A stretch of DNA of 64,000 nt from Gordius albopunctatus (Eukaryota): NCBI GenBank assembly GCA_964276515.1, contig OZ193909.1, positions 19,220,001-19,284,000 on the forward strand, read 5' to 3'. Each line of letters begins with the position of its first letter. The first letter of the stretch is position 1. Made by a program: the position numbers and the translations under genes. The notes beneath the pieces were generated by a model, which saw nothing but the letters and a program-made list of their open reading frames with translations, made no database searches and had not been told where the DNA came from. This document shows positions 41,854 to 54,497 of this stretch, piece after piece.

Positions 41854-44800
41854 TCATAATAAATCTTGTCTCTTGAGATCTTCGTAAGTTCTCCTATTCA
41901 CAACGTTGCCTTCCGTATCCTCATATTCTTCTTCAATTTCGGGTTTCCACCTTTCGATATTCTTTTGGATTTTTAATTTTTCCCAAACTAAACCAATTTG
42001 TCATATACTTATATTCGATATTAAATATAATTGTATTTACGAGTCCGTAAAAATTGTTAAGCTAGATAATATATAAAAATTGATATCAAATTCTATTTTA
42101 TATATGTGTGCTTATACTATCGCTATAATTATATATATAAATATTGTAATTAAAAGCCCAAATTTTAACACAACTCAAATTTCATACTAATATCCCACCT
42201 CTGCCCCTTTGATTAAATTTATATCTAATTAGAGCCCTGCAAAATGAAGTTTTTTCTGTCCGAGCCCGGCTAATTTTTCAAATGAAATTTTTGAAAACTA
42301 TTTTACCATCTTAATATAATTTGAATTAGATTGTTATTACTCGTAATTTAGAACTAGGATAAATTTGAAATAAAAAACCTTTCACTCTTTATAATTTATT
42401 TAGTTTAGCATTTAAAGCTAAAAATTTAACGTTATAAAATATATGTTTAACAGTTCAAAATAAAGAAACTTTTTGAAATAATATTTATTTATATTATTTA
42501 AGTTGTAACAGCTACTATGAATCTATTTAAATACTAGAATAATTATAATAGATAAGGGAAAAAAGCAAGTTTGAAGCTATATAATGTACGCTGTGTTAAA
42601 TAATTGTTGAGTTTATTTAAATCCTATTTTATAAAAAAAATAATTTGCTTTAGTTCACGGGCATCAGGCCCGACCCGAGCCCCGATTATCTTATTAAATT
42701 CTTGGGCCGCACGTGCAGGGCTCTAGGTCTAATACACTGGGAATTTATACGGAAATATGTTAAGACGTAATAATTTGTGTTTTACGCGCAACAGCATCTT
42801 CGATATTTGTGACATTGGCAAAATGAGCGGTGTTAGGGATGCCCAAACATCTCATTCCATGGGCGTGTCGCCATTCCTACAAAAATGTATTAAAAATAAT
42901 TTCGTTAAAACCAAAGGATGTTCAGTAGGATGATTACGTTTATAAATGTCACACTCACAACATTGCATTGGTAATATTTTAAACTCTTCCATTGTAATGT
43001 CTATTATAAGCATAGAGTAGATAGACTGTTCATCAGTTTTAATTAAGTCTACCGTTTATCCGCCATTTTGAAATGTGCAAAAATAAGTAAATTGGTCAAT
43101 TAAAGTGACTTTAGAGCTTATTAAAGAATATTGTACTAGTTGAACATAAAAATACTATGATGATGTGATGTAAAATTAATGAGGATGGTAAATATACTTT
43201 TATTGGGGTACATTGCATAAAGACATGGGAGATAGTTAAATTCTAAATGGTAAACATCTCAACATTTGAAACATATGGCATGAGCAGTTTATGTGTCTAC
43301 TATAAGCTTGCGTTAATACAAAAAGCTGCAATTTAACGGCTGCACTATAAGAACAATATTTTATTACAAATTTTGAAACAATTAAAAGTATTTGTATCAA
43401 ACTCAAAACTAATTACAGGGCAAATTTTCCACGTAATCCCAACATAATAAATGAAATATTTACCGAGAAATGGCGCTGAAAAGCTTTGGGTCCGCGGTAG
43501 ATCTGGTTGCCACAAATTTCGCAATTGTAATTGATATTTAGACCATGCAGCTTGTACAACCAATAGGGGATCGGCTTTAAAATATAATAAGGTATAAATA
43601 AAACTCATTAACAACCATGTTAACAAAATTTTGATATGATTATTTAAGGGGCGAATATCCTAATTCTTCTAAAAATCATGCTATATTATATAGCAAAAAA
43701 GTAACCGTTAACAAAACCGAGCATATAACTGCCATTGTTAATACTTCATTAATCGCAATTTTAAAGTGGTTTAAATACTATGCCTAGGTCACAGCCCTAG
43801 CAAAGGACAGTCTCCATAACTTCTGTACTGTAATCTCAAATGAAAGAATACCGGTAAACCGGCATCTAGTTTTCGATAAAATTATCCACGAATTATGAAA
43901 GCAAAAATTATTAAATGTTTCAATGAAGGGAACGAGGGGGGGGGGGGGCAAAAGGATACCTTTCCATCCCAGGAGAGGGGCAAATTTTTTGGATTGTAAG
44001 GAATGTCGTTATCGTCGTTTAAATCATCGTCACTGCTGTTTATATCAATTTCTTCGTCATCAGAAAGCTCTCTCTCTATTTCACCCGCCGCCATGGCTTG
44101 TTTTCTTTGCACGTTTTCTTTGGTCGAAAATTTTTGTTCCTTTATTCAAAAATAATAACTATTTTTTCAAAGACATTAAATATTATTATCATTTCGAAAA
44201 CTTTAAAAGTCTGAAGGCGCAAAACAAATCAAAGTTGGAATTGTTAAATTATGATTCACGCGACATTAATTGTCAATTAAACCTAGGATCCATAGAAATT
44301 TATTATATACAGTCAAAACCGTTTAATTGCAAAGCCTTGGGCGTGCAATTTTTTTTCGCGATTAACCGATATTTATCGCGATTAAACGATGGGGAAAAAA
44401 TATATGTACATTATACTAAATATTCATTTCTTACGCTTCGCAATAAAACGATATCTTATATAATTATCTGATTGATTTAAGGACTCGAAAATGTTTGTGA
44501 ATATCCGATATTGTACTATTAAGCGATTTGTCAATAAACGATGTTTTTGTTAATATTATGGTTTAAAAAACACGATTAAAAGATTTTCGCGATAATTCGA
44601 TTTGCGATTAAGAAGTTTCGACTGTATATTGTATATAGGATCAATTATATAATTAACTAAATTAATTCTAATTTAGTTAATTATTTCCTATTTGAAAAGC
44701 GTAGATGTAGAAATGAAAATAACCTAAAATAAAATGTCTGCACATAAAAGATGCAATTTTAAATCAAAATTGAAACCAACTAAGTGTGCCATAAATTTAA

Positions 44801-47159
44801 AAAAGACCTCAAACCAATTTAAAAATGAAGTCCGTGTCAGCCATGCAAGGCAAAACCTTACTTTACCAAAATAAAATTTTAAAATTTTGGAAATCACGAT
44901 AATAAAAATGACCGTTAAATTAGGGCTGAAAGAAGAAATGCGTTTTGATTGTAGGAAAGCATGAATACGCATTGATAGTATTAGCCCGAGGCAAAACAGG
45001 AGCAAAAAACTAAATTACCCCAAAAAGTTCTGAGAAGTAATATAACCTAGCTTCCAGTGATGCAATCTCTTTTTTCCTCATTTGTTCCCTGTTTTAAAAA
45101 ACAAAATAATTTGAAATCTCACAATAAAATATGTGATCAAATAATTCAACTTTTTTAACTTTATTTACTTTCAATCCAAAATTCTAACTCTTTCATAAAA
45201 AATAGTTACATGATATACATCTTGTTATGGTACAATTAGCTTAGAATACTAAATTATAATATAATAATATAAAATATCTCTTAATATTACATTTTCAAAT
45301 TGCAAGATAGGCAAATTGAGTAATTTAGATTTTTTACAATCTTAAATTTAAACTAATTTTGTTCTTATAAATATATTTTATATCACATTTAAAGACTTAC
45401 AATTGCTTTCCCGTCATTGCTCTTTCTTTGGCTAAAAAGGAAGATGGCAACTCATCTAATCTTTTACCTTTGGCATCAAAAAGTCTTTTGGCCCTTTCGT
45501 CTAACGTTCTAAAAAATTATTTTTAAACATATAAACTAATGACTATTTTAAATTAAATGTATAATATAAAACAAAATCTGCTTTGCAAGTGTGCTTATAT
45601 ATTTATATAATTAGATCATAACTAAATTCAAGCATTATTTAATATAAATTTTGTTTCATACAAAATATCCAAATTAAGTATTTAGAAAGGGATGATCATA
45701 GAATTACTTCAATATAAAACTTACCCCCCACATTTGAGGTTCATCGATTTCAAGGCATGTTTCAATCTATCCAGACCTAGGGATGCTAACTCCTGAGAAC
45801 ATGTAATATATTCAATGTAATTCATAATTTAAGGACAAATATTTTAGAAACTTGTATATGGACATAAAATATATTTATGTTACTTCAGGTGAAGAATAGG
45901 AATCTAAATCAATAGGGGGGAAATCTTGTGGAGTTCCATTTTCTAAATCTCCAGAATCTTCTTGCTAATAAGATAACCAAAGATTAATGGTTAATTTTAA
46001 ATTTAATGATCAATAAATATTCAATATTAAAAGCATTACAGGCCACCCAGGAAAAGTTCCCTCATTCCATGCATTTGTAAATTTTTCTTCAACATCTTTA
46101 ATTTCCTATTAATAAGAAAACATTCAATTTAAAAAATTAAAATTGATAGTTAAAATATACCATACAAACTTACTTCATTCACATCAAGTAAAGGATATGC
46201 TTTACCACAGTATTCAGTCAAATAATTTAGCAAAAAGTGTAGATATCTATTTATAAATACATAAATTTTTATATTAATTCCAAATAAACTTTGAATTAAT
46301 CTTAAACTTAATTTATTTTGAGGCTTTTAAATTTAACTCACAACTATATAAATTATAAACTGTTCAAAGTACCTTTTATATTCAGTGGTCTTTTTTTCTT
46401 TTGGTATTTCATAAAATTTGTCAAAGTTAGTTAGATAGGATACATAATCAATAGGCTATAAGATATAATTTGAGAATAATATATTAAATCTTTTGTTTAC
46501 TTCAATCCCTTTTATATTTAAATATTTTTCAAATGCTTGGTGTAAGTCTAAATACTTTCCATGACCTTCTTCATCAGTGAATTTTACTAAATCTAAGAGC
46601 ATTATAATATAAAAGTCTTAATAATGTCAACCTTCAACTGGGTCTTGCAAATTTTTTTGAAGGTTTTCAAACTCAATTGACATAGGAACAGCAATCTAAA
46701 AATATTATTGTAGAAAACTAACAAATTTACTTCTGTAGGATGAGACTTATAGAAATCCTTTATTGACTTTAATTTTGCATAAAATTGTCCAAAAGCTTTT
46801 GGGCCAGACATTACTTTAATTTCCTCTCTCCTATATCTACAGAATTTGATGTATTATAAAAAATCTAAATTAGCATAATAAAATCAATTTACCCATCCTT
46901 ATCTTCATAAAGTTCTTTTAAATCTTTGGTAATTGTCATATAACGGTCCTGCATCAACTTAGCCCTATGATCTGAATTAGTTTGTTCTTTAACCTATGAC
47001 AATATAATGATAATTATTTATATTTAAAAAAAAATAAATTTAAAACAAAATAATATCGTTTACTGTTCCTTTCTTTTCAAGTAATTCATTCACAATCGAT
47101 TGAATTAATCTTTCCTTCTCTTCGTGAAATCGGCGTTGTTGCTCCAATACAGTATCCAT
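41854..47159 (-). CDS. SF3A3: Splicing factor 3A subunit 3 (PRP9/SAP61)
   Basis: Reverse-strand exons read [18 protein letters not shown].., [141 protein letters not shown]. Confidence 0.97.
42230..42725. mobile_element. hAT-type MITE (TAGAGCCCTGC), in the last SF3A3 intron
   Basis: Colinear with 40601-41127; TIRs intact; TSD decayed (TATCTAAT/GGTCTAAT). Confidence 0.85.
44310..44624. mobile_element. Tc1/mariner-pogo-type MITE in an SF3A3 intron
   Basis: TA|CAGTCAAAAC...TTTCGACTG|TA; same family as 6289 and 24633. Confidence 0.85.
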
Positions 47160-47194
47160 GTTAAATGGTACAAGTGATAAAAAGTACTGAGAAT

Positions 47195-48940
47195 ACCTAG
47201 GTCAGGTTTTGCCGAGATCCAACCTCAGGTCGGTTTTAGGTTCAGATTTTAAAAAACCGTGTCAGATTTTTCAACACCCGAACCTTAACCTGAGGTTGAT
47301 CCCGAAAATCAACCTGAAAAACCTTCAGATCAATTTTACACCCAACCTGAAATCTCAGGTTGACATCAGGTTAACCTAAAAAAATCACTTTTTTATGCGA
47401 TAAAGTCCCTTTTCAAGATGTATCAAACTTTTTAAATATTTAAAATTTTAAATGAAGAAATAATAGTTTTTGGTTATTATTTTTAAAAAAAATTAAGATT
47501 TTTTTAATATAAAAATGATTTAAATATTTAACATGTATATTTATCAGAGACGCCATCTATATGTTTATAAATTTTGATGAAGCGTTGGGATGCATTGCAT
47601 TGCATGCATATACTATGCTATGCGGGATAGCAGTGTTAGTGTTAGTAGTATATGTTGTGTGTGTGTGATAAATTTATGGGGCTGTGTGGGCTGTGTGTTT
47701 TATATCCGTATCTTGCAAATCTTATACAACCTTATCGTTATATTATGTTCGGGGTGGGAGCAATACACACACCCCCGTACTCTCCTGCACATTCTCTCTT
47801 CCAACCTTGTTCCACCCGGTTCCAACCTGATCACACCCGGTTCCCACCTTGTTCCAACCTAAACACACCCCACCCAGCCTATACACACACCTCATTCGTG
47901 CCTTAATTCACCTACCCTTCCCCCAAATTATTTGCTCCTTGTTGCAATGCAATATGCTTAGTATAGCATGTGTGAGATAAAATTAAGGGGGCGCGCAAGC
48001 AATATATATGTGCAAATTTGGGTAAAACAATTGAAGTGCTGTATGATATTATACACAACACAATTATTGAAATAAATCTCGATTAGAGGGGCAAAATTAA
48101 TTGTTGAATTTGAATATTATTGTTAGAAATAGAAATTAAAATATTATTATTAACAATAAAATTGGCAAGGTTTTTCACGCATAAATGATTCCATTTTTAC
48201 AATCAGGAAAGGATATGGTTCAAAATTTTTAATTTTTACATATGATTTTAAACGGTTTTTAGCTCATTAATAAAAAATAGCGTGAATCAGTGTGTTTAGG
48301 TTGGAACAAGGTGGGAACCGGGTGTGATCAGGTTGGAACCGGGTGGAACAAGGTTGGAAGGGAGAATGTGGAGGAGAGAACGGGGGTGTGTGTATCGCTC
48401 CCACCCCGAACATAATATAACGATAAGGTTGTGTAAGATTTGCAAGATACGCATATAACACACACAGCCCACACAGACCCATAAATTTATCACACACACA
48501 CACAACATATACTACTAACACTAACACTGCTATCCCGCATAGCATAGTATATGCATGCAATGCATCCCAACGCTTAATCAAAATTCATAAACATATAGAT
48601 GGCGTCTCTGATAAATATACATGTTAAATATTTAAATCATTTTCATATTAAAAAAATCTTAATTTTTTTTAAAAATAATAACCAAAAACTATTTTTTCTT
48701 CATTTAAAATTGTAAATATTTAAAATGTTGGATGCATCTTGAAAAGGGACAATAGTTAGAGTAAAATATAAAACTTATTCTTAAATTTATCGCATAAAAA
48801 AGAGATTTTTTAGGTTAACCTGATGTCAACCTGGGGTTTCAGGTTGGGTGTAAAATTTACCTGAAGGTTTTTCAGGTTGATTTTCGGGATCAACCTCAGG
48901 TTAAGTTTCAGGTTTTCACGAACCTGAACCCTCAGGTTAT
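47195..48940. mobile_element. Foldback element with ~600-bp inverted arms
   Basis: ~47278-47865 is the reverse complement of ~48293-48912, with a ~430-bp spacer; AACCTGA/TCAGGTT subrepeats at the outer ends. Confidence 0.85.
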
Positions 48941-49134
48941 CATATTTTACATAGTGGGACTACAAAAAACAATAGCTTCTTGATTTATAAATTATTTATT
49001 TATGGCTATACACTGTCTACGAGATTAGAGAGTATTTTTACAATTTTACCAAATAACTTAAGTTTTGAGTAGAAAAATATAACTTGAAGAATCATTATAA
49101 GATAACCTAAAAACGTATAATATTTTTCTTAAAT

Positions 49135-51648
49135 ACAGTCCCCAAATTGGGTGTTTGGATTCAGAGAAAGACATATTCTTCGAATCATTGGAAAAGGTAA
49201 TACAAGGAATCCGACAGGAAGAAAAGCTAATTATTGGGGCCGATTTCAACGCTCACGTATGAACGCAATCATGGAGGCTATGGGCATGGTCTGAAGAACA
49301 AAGAAGGGGAAAAACTTCTCCAAGTATCCCAAGCATATGACATGGCGATCGTTAACACCTATTTTCAAAAGCGCGAAGATCATATTGTGACCTATAGAAG
49401 TGGAAAGCATTTTAGTCAAATCGACTATTTGCTTATACGGCGAAAGGACTTATGGAGTATCAAAGATTGCAAAGTAATACCGGGAGAAGAAATCGCCAGG
49501 CAACATCGTCCCCTTGTTATGGATCTTGACAGAAGAGTATTTCCCGAAAGAAGAAAGGTATATGAACCTCGAATTCGATACGAAAGGCTAAAGAATACGT
49601 CGACGAACGAAGAATACCATCAAAAAGCCTCCTCACTCTTGGGTGCGAGGAAGTTGCAAAGGGACGTAGACGAAGATTGGGAAACGCTATCTAAGGACAT
49701 TAAGGAAACAGCGATTCGTGTTCTAGGACAGACCAAAGGAGGCAAAGCTATGAATAGGGAACTATGGTGGTGGGATCAATCGGTTAAAAATTTCATCGAA
49801 ATAAAGAAAAATCTATATAGACTGTGGCATAAATCAAAAAAGTCGGAGGATTATCAAGAGTACAGGGATGCAAAGAGGGCCGCAAAAAAGGCCGTTGCAA
49901 AAGTGAAGAATGCTGCGTACACCGAGATGGCAAACAAACTGGATCATAAAGGGGGCGATAGGCTTATGTACAAATTGGCCAAGATAAGGGAGAAGAAAAG
50001 TCGAGATGTCGGAGTTCTTAAAATAGTCAAAAGCGAGAAGGGTCAAACCTTATTCAAGCCGAAGGAAGTGATGGAAAGGTGTAAAGGATATTTTAAGAAA
50101 CTTATGAATATTGCAAATGACAAGGATTCCCTTCCCGAAATTGAGCCAAATATAAGTATGGTCGAACTCTTTCAGAAGGATGAAGTTAGGACACAAATGA
50201 ACAAGATGCAAAAAGGAAAAGCAAATGGCCCAGATGGAATACCTATGGAAGCATTGCTCGGATGTCGTGAAGAAGGAGTCACCACCATGACGAACCTCCT
50301 TAACAAGATATTGGTAGAAGAGCGAATCCCTAATCAATGGAGAGCAAGCACGATTCTACCCTTATTAAAAGGTAAAGGAGACCCTCAGGACTGCGGCAAT
50401 TACAGAGGTATCAAGCTAACTTGCCACTCCTTGAAGCTTTTGGAAAGGATCTTAGTAACAAGGCTGAAAAACGAGGTGGAAATATCGGCTAATCAATTCG
50501 GATTCGTGGCCGGCAAATCCACAATCGACCCAATCTTCGCCCTAAGACAAATGATGGATAAGTATGGTGAAAAGAGGAAAGACCTAAATATGGTTTTTAT
50601 CGACTTGGAGAAAGCTTATGACACGGTCCCCCGCGATTTAATATGGTGGTGCCTGAGGAAACAAAATATCCCTGACGCTTATATACGGCTTATGAAAAAT
50701 ATCTATGTAGCCTCAAACTCTTGCGTTAGGACGACAGTTGGAGACTCTAAACCTTTTCGGGTTAATATTGGATTACATCAAGGCTCTGCTTTAAGTCCCT
50801 TTTTATTTAATATAATTATAGACACGATAACGAGGGACTTTCAAAAGCCATCGCCATCGTGTATGCTATATGCCGATGATATAGTACTATGCGAGGTAAC
50901 AAGGAAGAAGGTATTCGAAGAAGCAGAAAAGTGGTCAAAGCGCTTAGCTGGATATGATTTAAAGGTCAACGATCGAAAAACGGTATACATGGAAATGAAC
51001 GGTACAAGCACCCCATCGCTGGATGACCACCTAAAGTACCCAAAAGTAGACAGGTTTAATTACCTCGGCTCTATGCTACATCAAGAGGGAGGTTGCGCAA
51101 CTGAAATCAATGCCCGGATTCAAAAAGGATGGCTTAAATGGCGAAGTATATCCGGTGTAATGTGCGACAAGAAAATGCCAATATGGTTGAAGAGCAAAGC
51201 TTCCAAATCCATCGTAAGACCGGTGTTACTCTATGGAAGTGAAACATGGGCATTAAACACCACGGAAGGAAAGCTATTATAAGCCACGGAGATGAGAATG
51301 ATACGGTGGAGCTTGGGGTATACTAAGCTCGACCATATGACGAATGACTTTCTCATGACAAAAATGGGTATTCAACCTATGGCGGACATGATTAACGAAA
51401 ATCGGCTAAGGTGGTATGGGCATATACTAAAAGGGACCCGGATGACGTAAATCGAAAAGTGCTAGACATGAAAATACCGGGGAAGAGAGGAAGAAGACGA
51501 CCCCGTGTCACGTGGAAAAGGCAAGTCAATAAAGTTATGGAAACTAAAGAGATTCGTCAAGACATGGCACTAACCCGGTCAAGATGGAAGAGACTCATCA
51601 AAACAAACCCCACCAATGTGGGACCAAATAACTGATAAAGAAGAGGAG
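49135..51648 (+). mobile_element. RTE-clade non-LTR retrotransposon, 5'-truncated and inactivated
   Basis: Partial APE (GADFNAH, QIDYLL), RT (NYRGIKL, FIDLEKAYD, GLHQGSALSP, YADD), stop at 51280 and later frameshift, GKRGRRRPR motif, short GAA-type tail. Confidence 0.93.
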
Positions 51649-53409
51649 ACAGTTCTATAAATGGTAAAGATAAAAAATCCCATATGATTTATTAGATTAG
51701 TTAATATTTAAGTTTAAAACATATGTTAAATTTTTATCAAGGAATATAATATGATTTAAATTTAGAGGGGTTTAATATGGGGAGCTGATATATCCTTCTG
51801 GTCATGTAGATTAGCAAATTTTACTTATTTAAAAGAGAAAATTTATTTATAATTTCTAAGCACAGATTATATTTAAAATTTAATGAAGTCTACTTGAATG
51901 ATTTTTAACAAAGACCTTCACAGACCAGGCTGCGGACTTTGATGGACTCTTGTTACAATAAAATTAAATTATTATTGGCCGGCCTTGGAATGTAAGTGTG
52001 CTCCTGGCGGGCCCAGATATAAATAACCCCTGGCTCTATTCCGATTGAAAAACTATTCAAATATTCATCTTTTCTTTTCATATCTGTTTTATATTGTATA
52101 AAGAATTATATTTTTTATATAGTTTATAAAAAAATTTATAATCAAGAAGTGTTTACCTTAACGATACAACATTGTTTTTTTCTTAATTATTTATAAATTT
52201 TAAAATTAGTAAATCGGCAAAGAAGCTTTTCTTCCAAATTATTAAACTTCCAAAAGAGTTCCATTATTTTTACATATGGCATATATCATTTATATATATC
52301 GGTCAGAATTGTCACCAGTGTAAATTTTTTTAAACTAATGTTATAGTTATTGTAGTTTAATTCTCAATTACCAAATTGTTCTACAAACCTCTCAAATTCA
52401 ATTCTTCCTTCGTTTTGATGTTTTTAAAGTTGTTAATCTATACAGTTTTTAAAGAATAGTCAAACAATGTTGGCGAATATGCCATTTAAGTAACTCTTCT
52501 ATATAATTATAATTAAAGCGTTATATGATATTTTAACTTTTCTGGTATTATAAAGAGTTGGTTGTTGCAAATAGATCCAAGGTTTAGAAATCCAAATCTA
52601 TGCTTTTATAAATATCAAGGCCTGTCAAGCCAAACACATAAACCTTTTCCTGACTCATGGCCCTTGACTCTTTACAAATCGGAGGAATGGTTTTTTATAA
52701 TATTTTTAACTCGTTTATTTTGTATCTGTGTTTTTTAAGGTAATAAATGTATTTTAAAAAATTATTCTTTTTTATCATGCATCAAAATTATATTCAAAAG
52801 CTATATAAAGATAAAAATTTCTAAAATAACTTATTTTCTAAAAAAAGGAATTAAATGCTTTACTTCCAAAAAGTATATCCAGTTTTCAGTTACTTTATTT
52901 TTAATTAGTTCTTCTAAGTAAAAAACAATAACTAAATATTTTGGCGTTAATTCATATAAATACTCTAAAAATAGAGTAAGGACTCAATAAATGACTCGTT
53001 AGACTAAGTGGTGTCCTACTACACCACAATCTGTCATCTCTGTTAAAGCCTTAGACTGGTTAGTACATGAGTTACGCGATATTAAGTATAAGATACCAAT
53101 CATTTAGACACCTCGATTTGTCACTATAATAACTTTACCCCAACGCCTAATACCCTCGCTACAATCTCCGATCACGTTACACCCTCCATCATGAGCATTT
53201 AATCATCTAATCATACCATCACCCTAAAGCAAAAAAGTCTCAATCAGCTCATTGTCAGAGAAATGGAAAAACTCTACCAATTGAATAGCCTTGCTTGTTT
53301 TTTAATTTTCTTTCTTAGTTTAAACCATTAGTATAATGAACGTGAAATATTTAGGTTGGAATTTTTTAAACACACATTGTTATAAAATAGACATTTTAAG
53401 TGCGGATTC

Positions 53410-54345
53410 TTTTCTTTTTTCTAATTAAAATCTTTATTAGGTAAAATCTATATATATAACAAATATAAAATACGATCAATAAATAAATATAAAGCGTGAC
53501 TAATCTTCATCAAGGGCCAGAGGCCAGGTGTCGGAAAATGCCTTATAATTGTATTTGGCTATTAAAATTCCTATTTTTTGGCGCAAAAAAAACTTGCTGA
53601 GTATTTTATTTCGGGAGATCTCTTTCCTATCAATTTAAAGAAGGCTAATGCCTGTTTGCCAAAAGTGGCGGAACAGAAAGCCACCATAGGGATAAAAATT
53701 TTAGAAAGAATTATATCATGGTATTTATGAGTTTTGCGTGCTTCCGCTAGAGCTAATAGGTCAGCGTTATTGTCAGAGGGAGCAAATACGTCGATTCAGG
53801 TAAAGTCCCGAGATAGGAACTTACCATCATCCCATGGAATTGTGGATGTTCCATCGGGGCGCATTCTACCCTCAAGAGTGGGTTCTGATGGTTCGAGAAT
53901 AGAAGGGAAGCCGGCTTTTAGTAAAGCGGTTTGAATCAAAAGGTTGATCTTTTGATGGCGAATGAAACTTGAATTTGTTATGTTTACAATGTAAGGGGTG
54001 ATGGGCCCAAACATCAATTTGTTTTTTTACAATTTTTACAAGTCAATTGCTTGCAAATTGGGATCCCCAGTCTCAAAGCGATCGCGTAAGTAATTTCGTG
54101 GTTTGAGAGTAAGAGCCCAGAGAACTTGCTTGGAATGCATTCCAGCCATTCGTGACCAGATTCAGTCGTTAGTTACCTGAGATTGAAATGCTGTATGGCG
54201 TCACAACTCGAAAGTAGGTAAGCGACGGAGCCTGACACTATACTGGCATCCCAATCTCGTTGTTTGACTGAATTTGGAATAATGGTTCCTGGCATTACAT
54301 TTTCAGCCATGATGTTAAAGCTGTTTGCGTTAAAAAATCTTCCGT
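53410..54345 (-). mobile_element. Degenerate 3' fragment of a CRE-like retrotransposon
   Basis: SGHEWLECIP..YAIALRLGIP, PSILEPSEPTLEGRMRPDGTSTIPWDDG; homologous to 35048-35900. Confidence 0.85.
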
Positions 54346-54497
54346 CTGGGTGGTCAATTTAAAAACGAGATCTTTAACTAGATTGTAAGGATTCTTATCA
54401 TAAACAAAAACAAGACTTAGACTATGATATAAAAATACTTTATATATTTGCATATTATAGATTCATATTTAAATTTGTTATCAATTAACAATAATAA

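Noticed and set aside
47590..48581. Mirror-image ORFs of 70-104 aa
   Set aside because: They lie in the two arms of the foldback element and include TG-repeat translation.
52200..52700. Purine-rich exon-like stretches on the minus strand
   Set aside because: Could not be joined into a consistent frame and no family was recognised.
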